Origin: Candidatus Kuenenia sp.
Lineage (GTDB): Bacteria; Planctomycetota; Planctomycetia; Planctomycetales; Planctomycetaceae
DNA length: 62,017 nt
Direction: 5' to 3'
Assembly (NCBI GenBank): GCA_043775985.1
Contig: JAYVRU010000320.1
Location: 1 to 62,017 of the forward strand
The notes beneath the pieces were generated by a model. That model was not told the DNA's origin. It was given only the letters and a program-made list of their open reading frames with translations, and did not search any database. Both the position numbers and the translations under genes were made by a program. Of this stretch, positions 56,806 to 62,017 are shown piece after piece (the stretch's first letter is position 1; every line of letters begins with the position of its first letter).

Positions 56806-56943
56806 GGCGAGCGGGGGATGTGAATCCCCTGATAGATCGTTCTGGCAACACGCCCCAATCACTTGAATACCACGAACTCATGCACAAATAGAATCACATA
56901 ATCGCAGGAATCACAATCAGGGGACTGACGTCCCCCGCTCGCC
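56806..56943. mobile_element. MITE-like element or second REPIN family: 28-nt terminal inverted repeats around an 82-nt core
   Basis: Left end ggcgagcgggggatgtgaatcccctgat (56806-56833). Right end atcaggggactgacgtcccccgctcgcc (56916-56943). They are complementary at 25 of 28 positions. Each end also carries its own small hairpin (GGGGA-N6-TCCCC; GGGGAC-TGAC-GTCCCC). Confidence 0.6.
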
Positions 56944-56951
56944 AAACTCAA

Positions 56952-56977
56952 CGCCCGCAGCTAGCGCCTTGCGGCTC
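56952..56977 (-). repeat. REP type-1 unit (reverse)
   Basis: cgcccgcagctagcgccttgcggctc, 22 nt upstream of the MoxR ATG. Confidence 0.85.
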
Positions 56978-56998
56978 ACTTGTTGGAATAAAATTGAT

Positions 56999-58084
56999 AT
57001 GAATCGAATCGACTCCCACCTTGCAACAGACCGAACCCGCACAGGCAGCGACAACGGGCACGCGAAGGCTCCGATAGTGGAGAATTCTCAGGACGTCGCC
57101 GAAGCGATCGACGCCATGCACGAGCGGTTCGTGGAGCTGCGAAGGCAGCTTGCGGGCGTGATTGTGGGGCAGGATGAAGTCGCCGAACAACTCCTGATCG
57201 CGATGCTCTGCAAAGGTCACTGTATCCTGCAGGGGATGCCGGGGCTCGCGAAGACAATGCTCGTGTCGACCATGGCGTCGCTGATCGATCTGTCGTTTCG
57301 ACGAGTCCAGTTTACTCCCGACCTGATGCCGGGCGACATCACTGGCACTGAGGTTTTGCAGGAAGACCAGACAACGGGCAAGCGAGTCTTCCAATTCATC
57401 GAAGGGCCATTGTTCGGCAACGTGATTCTGGCCGATGAAATCAATCGCACACCGCCGAAGACTCAGAGTGCTCTCCTGGAAGCGATGCAGGAACGCCAGT
57501 TGACCGTGTGTGGCAAGACGTACAAGCTTCCGGATCCGTTCTTCGTTCTTGCGACGCAGAATCCAGTGGAGACTGAAGGCACGTATCCGCTGCCGGAAGC
57601 TCAGCTGGACCGATTCCTGCTGAAGATCCATGTGAAGTATCCATCCCGCGCGGAAGAACTTGAGATCGCTCGTCGCCAGACAACGGACTATAGCTTCAAG
57701 ACGAAAACGGTCATTGATATCGACCACATGCACGCGATGCAGTCGCTGGTTCGCAACGTGGTTGTCGCGGATCATGTTTACGAAGCAGCGCTGGATCTTG
57801 TGCGAGGAACTCGGCCTGACGAAGGTTCCATGGCGGCCGATCTTCAGAGTCTCATCCAATGGGGCGCGGGGCCTCGTGCGACGATTGCACTGCTGCTGGC
57901 CGCGAAGGCTCGTGCATTGCTGAACCGTCGATGTCATGCGACGACGGCGGATCTGGCTGCGGTTGCGTTGCCGGTGTTACGGCATCGAGTGATCCTGACG
58001 TTTAATGCCGAAGCCGCCGGGATCGATGCAGATTCAGTGCTGAACAGAATTCTGGAGAATACGAAGTCGTTGCAAAAGGCCTAA
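56999..58084 (+). CDS. MoxR-family AAA+ ATPase
   Basis: Walker A GMPGLAKT and Walker B VILADEINR, plus ATQNPVETEGTYPLPEAQLDRF and the C-terminal GAGPRATIALLLAAKARALL. I prefer ATG 56999; the track TTG at 56969 lies inside a REP unit. Confidence 0.95.
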   Translation: MNRIDSHLATDRTRTGSDNGHAKAPIVENSQDVAEAIDAMHERFVELRRQLAGVIVGQDEVAEQLLIAMLCKGHCILQGMPGLAKTMLVSTMASLIDLSFRRVQFTPDLMPGDITGTEVLQEDQTTGKRVFQFIEGPLFGNVILADEINRTPPKTQSALLEAMQERQLTVCGKTYKLPDPFFVLATQNPVETEGTYPLPEAQLDRFLLKIHVKYPSRAEELEIARRQTTDYSFKTKTVIDIDHMHAMQSLVRNVVVADHVYEAALDLVRGTRPDEGSMAADLQSLIQWGAGPRATIALLLAAKARALLNRRCHATTADLAAVALPVLRHRVILTFNAEAAGIDADSVLNRILENTKSLQKA

Positions 58085-58094
58085 GGAAAGTACA

Positions 58095-59051
58095 ATGTTC
58101 CGTCTCTTTCGATCAAAACCGAATCCTCCGACACCCGCTCCGGGTGCTGCGGTGGGGTACGCTTCGGAATTGATTGATCCGAAGGTGATGGAGCAGATCG
58201 GCTATCTTGAGTTGCTGTCGAGAACCGTGGTCGATGGTCTGCTGGCAGGCAAGCATCGATCCACGACAAAGGGCGGATGTTGCGAGTTCGCTCAGCATCG
58301 CCAGTATGCTCCGGGCGACGAGATTCGCCAGATCGACTGGCAGGTGTTCGCTCGCAACGACAAGTACTTTATCAAGCAGTTTGAAGAAGAAACCAATCTC
58401 CACGCTGTGATGGCGCTCGACACCAGTGGGTCAATGAAGTTTGGCTTATCGACGGTGAGCAAGCTCGATTACGCTCGCCAGGCGGCGGCGTGCATTTCTC
58501 GTATGTTGCTGCGACAGCGAGATGCCGTCGGTACGGCGATCCTGAATGAGCAGACTCCAATGTTTCTGCCGCCGAAACAGAACGCCGCCCATCTGCAGGC
58601 GATCCTGTCGACTCTTTCCGCTGCGAAGCCATCGAATGGTGGTTCTCTTGCGACTCAGATTCGCGCTATGGTGCCGCGGATGCGTCGAAGGGGGCTGTTT
58701 GTTCTGTTCTCGGATTGTTTTGGGGATCTTGATGAACTTTCGACATCGCTTCGCATCGTTCGGGCACGAGGTCATGACGTGGTTGTGATGCATGTGCTCG
58801 CACCTGAGGAAATTCATTTCGTTTTCCGGCACTGGTCGTCGTTTCAGTCGCTGGAAGTTGCCGGACATCGCATGAATCTCGATCCGGCAGCGATTCGAGA
58901 TGAGTATCTAAAACGCATTCGGGCCTTCGTGGAGAAACTGGAAAGCATCGTCACGGGGCTCGGAGGTGACTATGTGAGGATGACGACGAACAAAGATCTG
59001 GCGGAAACGCTGGGATGGTTTTTGCGGCAACGTGCGGCAAGGTCGATTTAA
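58095..59051 (+). CDS. DUF58 family protein (vWA-like, MoxR partner)
   Basis: HRSTTKGGCCEFAQHRQYAPGDEIRQIDWQVFARNDKYFIKQFEEETN is the DUF58 signature. It starts 10 nt after the MoxR stop. Confidence 0.9.
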   Translation: MFRLFRSKPNPPTPAPGAAVGYASELIDPKVMEQIGYLELLSRTVVDGLLAGKHRSTTKGGCCEFAQHRQYAPGDEIRQIDWQVFARNDKYFIKQFEEETNLHAVMALDTSGSMKFGLSTVSKLDYARQAAACISRMLLRQRDAVGTAILNEQTPMFLPPKQNAAHLQAILSTLSAAKPSNGGSLATQIRAMVPRMRRRGLFVLFSDCFGDLDELSTSLRIVRARGHDVVVMHVLAPEEIHFVFRHWSSFQSLEVAGHRMNLDPAAIRDEYLKRIRAFVEKLESIVTGLGGDYVRMTTNKDLAETLGWFLRQRAARSI

Positions 59052-59066
59052 GGACCAATCACCAAC

Positions 59067-61346
59067 GTGGGTTTTCTGAGTATCACATTTCTGGTCGCTT
59101 TGCCTTTAGCATTGGCACCGATTCTATTGCACTTGTTTGATCGTCGACGCAATGTCACGATCGAGTGGGGAGCGATGGAATTCCTGCTGGATGCCGCCAC
59201 GCGCCGGACGAGTGCTCGAAAGCTCAAGCAATGGCTGTTGCTGGCTCTGCGAGTCCTCGCGATCGCCGCGTTGGTGCTGGCGCTGGCAAGACCGAAACTG
59301 CCGGGGCATTGGTTCGGAAACAACGATCGAGGCGAAACAGTTTTTGTCATCGACAATTCGATGTCCACGCTTCGCGAATCGGAAGACTCGACGCTCTTCG
59401 CAAAACTCATTGTACGTGCGACCACAGAACTGAATGCGATGCCGTCTGGCGACACTGTTCGCATTCTGCTGGCGTCACCTTATCCGGTGTGGGCGACGGC
59501 CGGGGATTTGCGAGTTGACTCAGGCTCGCGAGACATGCTTGCCGAGCAGCTTAAGGAGATCCGTCCAACTAATGGAAGCAGTGATCTGCTGGCGGCGATG
59601 TTTACAGCCGTGCAGGCGGATTCAGAACAGAAGACTGAAAAGCGTCGCATCATTTTGCTCACCGATGGTCAGGCGGCGGACTGGAAAACGGCGGATACCA
59701 GCGGCTGGCAGCGATTTCAGGAAGTACTCAAGTCGGCAATTGTTCCGACTCAACTGGACGTGATTGAACTGAACGCGAAAACTGCCAAGTCGACAAATAT
59801 CGCGGTGAACACGCTACGATCGAATCGCCTGGTAACGGGCATCGATCAGACGTTCACAGTCACCGCGCAGATTCAGAATCACTCGGCCGTCGATTCTCCG
59901 GGCTGCACGGTCTCGTGGCAGGTCGGAACGCATGAAGAACAGACGGCCGAAGTTCCATCGTTGACCGGCGGCAATACACATGAAGCTGTTTGGCGTCATT
60001 CGTTTTCAAAGCCGGGCGTCTATTCACTTTCTTGCCAACTCAAAGCAGATGACAATCTCGCGCCCGACAACCGCGCGACGGTTGTGATTGAAGTCATCGA
60101 AGAAGTGCCGGTGCTCGTCGTTGAAAGCGCAGCGGGCCAGGCAGAACTTCAGCAGGATGCATTCTTTCTTCAGGCCGCGATGGGATGGATCAACGGCGAA
60201 GCGATGGCGGCTCACAGTGTCTACCGACCGGTCACTGTCAGCCCTGATCAATTGGAAGGCATGAGTCTGGCTGAGTACCGAGCCGTCATTATCCCAAACT
60301 TCACAGCGATCTCGGAACGGTCGGTTGCAGAGCTGAAGGCTTTCGCATTCAACGGTGGCGGCGTCTGGATTGCGCTTGGTCCGCGAGCCGACATCGAAAT
60401 GTTCAACCAGTACGTGTTTGCTCATGGTGACGGATTGTCTCCGCTTGCCATTGATGGGATCGTCGCTGAGCAAAGTGCCGATGCCGCTCCGAAGATCAAT
60501 GCCGGGTTGCGAGAGCATCCGGCGACGATGGCTTTGGCAGACAACGAAAAGCTGGACACGAGCGATATTCGAGTCCGTCGTCGATTTCGATTTGTGCCGC
60601 CTCCACGTGATGAAGATGTGTCGGCCTTGTTGAGTCTTACCAACGGCGAATCGCTGGCGGTCGAAAAGTATGTTGGGCAGGGACGAGTCATCGTGCTGGG
60701 CATTCCTTTAACGATGCGCGACTGGAGTGAGCTGGCGAAGTCTCAGGCGTTTGTTGTGATGGTGCAGGATTGGGTGGCGTATCTGACTCAGCCTCAGGCG
60801 ACGCGGCATAATCTTTCGCCCGGTGACCCTATTTCCGTGCATCTTGCTGAGACCGATAACCGCGACGCGTTTCTGAAAACGCCACACGGTGACCAGATCG
60901 AACTGACGGCCGACACGGTTCCTGATGGAGTCATCTTTCGCTCAAGCCGGACAATTTTGCCAGGGGATTACAGCTTGCAGTTGGGTCTTTCGGGAGATTC
61001 CATCCCGTTTCATGTGCAGCGAAATCCGAAGGAGTCGAATCTCACAGGGCTTTCCGACGAGGATCACAAGCTTCTCGCGGATACGGCTGGCTTGAGTGGC
61101 AGTTTGTTAAATCCGAATCTGAGCAGTACCAGTCAGAGCGATCCAGTCTGGCCGATGCTGTTGATGATGTTGATCGCGTTTATGAGTTTTGAACTGATTC
61201 TGTCTGGAATGATTTCTCGCGAACGTTTCGGCACTGCCGCGATCTCGGAGACATCGGAGAGAATTGGCGACGCCGGTTTTTGGATGCCGGTAGAGTTTGG
61301 GAAGAAGACCGTCTCCCGTGAGCCGCAAGGCGCTAGCCGCGGGTGA
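59067..61346 (+). CDS. BatA-N / von Willebrand A domain membrane protein
   Basis: GTG start. The N-terminal double-TM aerotolerance-type motif is FLSITFLVALPLALAPILLHLFDRRR...EWGAMEFL. The vWA MIDAS motif DxSxS is VFVIDNSMST. There is a C-terminal TM (VWPMLLMMLIAFMSFELILSGMI). The last 9 codons (REPQGASRG*) are encoded by the REP unit at 61320-61345. Confidence 0.9.
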   Translation: MGFLSITFLVALPLALAPILLHLFDRRRNVTIEWGAMEFLLDAATRRTSARKLKQWLLLALRVLAIAALVLALARPKLPGHWFGNNDRGETVFVIDNSMSTLRESEDSTLFAKLIVRATTELNAMPSGDTVRILLASPYPVWATAGDLRVDSGSRDMLAEQLKEIRPTNGSSDLLAAMFTAVQADSEQKTEKRRIILLTDGQAADWKTADTSGWQRFQEVLKSAIVPTQLDVIELNAKTAKSTNIAVNTLRSNRLVTGIDQTFTVTAQIQNHSAVDSPGCTVSWQVGTHEEQTAEVPSLTGGNTHEAVWRHSFSKPGVYSLSCQLKADDNLAPDNRATVVIEVIEEVPVLVVESAAGQAELQQDAFFLQAAMGWINGEAMAAHSVYRPVTVSPDQLEGMSLAEYRAVIIPNFTAISERSVAELKAFAFNGGGVWIALGPRADIEMFNQYVFAHGDGLSPLAIDGIVAEQSADAAPKINAGLREHPATMALADNEKLDTSDIRVRRRFRFVPPPRDEDVSALLSLTNGESLAVEKYVGQGRVIVLGIPLTMRDWSELAKSQAFVVMVQDWVAYLTQPQATRHNLSPGDPISVHLAETDNRDAFLKTPHGDQIELTADTVPDGVIFRSSRTILPGDYSLQLGLSGDSIPFHVQRNPKESNLTGLSDEDHKLLADTAGLSGSLLNPNLSSTSQSDPVWPMLLMMLIAFMSFELILSGMISRERFGTAAISETSERIGDAGFWMPVEFGKKTVSREPQGASRG

Positions 61347-61445
61347 GTGCAAGAGAAATTAAAAAGTATAAGTAGAACAAGACTTTTCCAAATGAATCAT
61401 AAGAACAGGTTCAGACAGGTACCCGCGGCTAGCGCCCGGCGGCTC
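61320..61445. repeat. REPIN-like doublet (fwd 61320-61345, rev 61420-61445, 74-nt spacer)
   Basis: gagccgcaaggcgctagccgcgggtg ... tacccgcggctagcgcccggcggctc. Confidence 0.9.
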
Positions 61446-61986
61446 GGAAACGGAAACAGGCAATCATGATTGAACGGGGCACCTACTTCATCACATGGAC
61501 GACATATGGTACGTGGTTACCGGGCGATGAAAGTGGCTGGAGAAAGCACGGTGAAAGCGTAAAGCCGCCACAACCGCGACTCGAGGAATGGTGTCGCGAG
61601 CAGATGACAGGAGAGCCAGTGGTGTTGACGGAGTTACAACGAAAGAAGGTCGAATCGGTTTGCTATGAACATGCTGAGCATCGACGGTGGGAACTGCATG
61701 CGGTGAATGCTCGAACCAATCATGTCCATTTGGCTGTGACGGCAGACCAGGCTTCGAAGACAGTGCGTGATCAGTTCAAGGCCAATGCAACTCGGGTTCT
61801 TCGTTTGGAGCCTGAACCAATGACCGCGGGAATAATTTGGACAAAGGGTGGGGATGTTGAAATTGTTGATGGCGAACAGGATCTTGAGAATGTTGTGAAA
61901 TACATAGTCGAAGCGCAGGACAGAATGGATCGTGGTAAATGAGCCACAGGTAGGTCTGGTGAGCCGCAAGGCGCTAGCCGCGGGTG
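61420..61986 (+). mobile_element. RAYT-like gene bracketed by inverted REP units
   Basis: The reverse REP unit ends 20 nt before the ATG (61420-61445). The forward REP unit starts 18 nt after the stop (61961-61986). A further reverse unit starts at 62010 and is cut by the window end. Confidence 0.75.
61466..61942 (+). CDS. HUH / Y1 (IS200-IS605-type) transposase-like protein, candidate REP-associated tyrosine transposase (RAYT)
   Basis: 158 aa. The N-terminus is YFITWTTYGTWLPGD. The HUH motif is NHVHLAV. The C-terminal Tyr motif is VVKYIVEAQD. The gene is single and carries no TnpB-like partner. Confidence 0.8.
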   Translation: MIERGTYFITWTTYGTWLPGDESGWRKHGESVKPPQPRLEEWCREQMTGEPVVLTELQRKKVESVCYEHAEHRRWELHAVNARTNHVHLAVTADQASKTVRDQFKANATRVLRLEPEPMTAGIIWTKGGDVEIVDGEQDLENVVKYIVEAQDRMDRGK

Positions 61987-62017
61987 AATGTCAGAAAAAC
62001 GTGCACAGACACCCGCG
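61961..62017. repeat. REP doublet truncated by window end
   Basis: Forward unit gagccgcaaggcgctagccgcgggtg at 61961-61986. The start of a reverse unit, cacccgcg, lies at 62010-62017. Confidence 0.8.

Noticed and set aside
53193-56977. Whether the repeated 26-nt units are a CRISPR array.
   Set aside because: The units occur in both orientations and at irregular spacing. They are scattered between different genes, are partly palindromic, and have no adjacent cas genes or uniform spacers.
56948-57937. 329-aa minus-strand ORF opposite moxR.
   Set aside because: The plus frame carries unmistakable MoxR AAA+ motifs. The minus ORF is Arg/His-rich, motif-less and ends in a REP-encoded peptide (EPQGASCGR).
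1-62017. Scan for rRNA, tRNA, tmRNA, riboswitch-like leaders and prophage or integrase genes.
   Set aside because: I recognised nothing resembling tRNA cloverleaf arms, rRNA segments, integrases or phage structural genes. This was a visual scan only, so tRNAscan-SE or Infernal would be needed to be sure.

Overview
This 62-kb window reads like a Planctomycetota (Planctomycetaceae-type) chromosome segment. The evidence is a set of lineage-typical families recognised by motif: a DUF1559 prepilin-like protein, a DUF1549/DUF1553 plus DUF1501 pair, DUF1579, two ECF sigma factors, a giant WD40 Ser/Thr kinase, and MoxR-DUF58-BatA.

Layout:
1. 1-5949 (-): a giant ORF that runs off the left edge, so it is absent from the supplied ORF track.
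2. 7.1-15.1 kb: a signalling island. An ECF sigma gene is translationally coupled (ATGA) to a 1777-aa zinc-ribbon/kinase/WD40/TPR protein, and an FHA-EAL gene is divergently transcribed next to it.
3. 15.4-19.9 kb: small or low-complexity genes (an HExxH protein and a Gly/Tyr-rich secreted protein), a DUF1559 gene and a decayed receiver-domain fragment.
4. 19.97-41.74 kb: seven tandem, co-oriented paralogues of a large secreted protein family. The family looks DUF1583-like, a name I give from memory. The core is conserved and the C-termini are shuffled. One orphan C-terminal relic lies inside the array, and a chimeric remnant lies 5 kb away.
5. 42-49 kb: a secreted WD40 protein followed by a gene-decay zone. 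It holds a broken beta-helix adhesin-like gene, a discoidin fragment, the chimeric paralogue remnant and palindromic elements.
6. 49.9-61.3 kb: a plus-strand cluster of ECF sigma, a membrane-anchored DUF1549/DUF1553 protein, DUF1501, an EF-hand protein, MoxR, DUF58 and BatA/vWA.
7. 61.4-62.0 kb: a small HUH/Y1 transposase-like gene.

The most unusual non-coding signal is a 26-nt REP-like unit (GAGCCGCAAGGCGCTAGCCGCGGGTG).
- It occurs about 20 times in both orientations, only between genes or on their last codons.
- It often forms inverted doublets (REPIN-like) or composite REP-hairpin-REP elements.
- It brackets the HUH gene symmetrically, which is the arrangement known for REP/RAYT systems.

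I recognised no rRNA, tRNA or CRISPR array. All family names are motif-based recollections and need HMM or BLAST confirmation.
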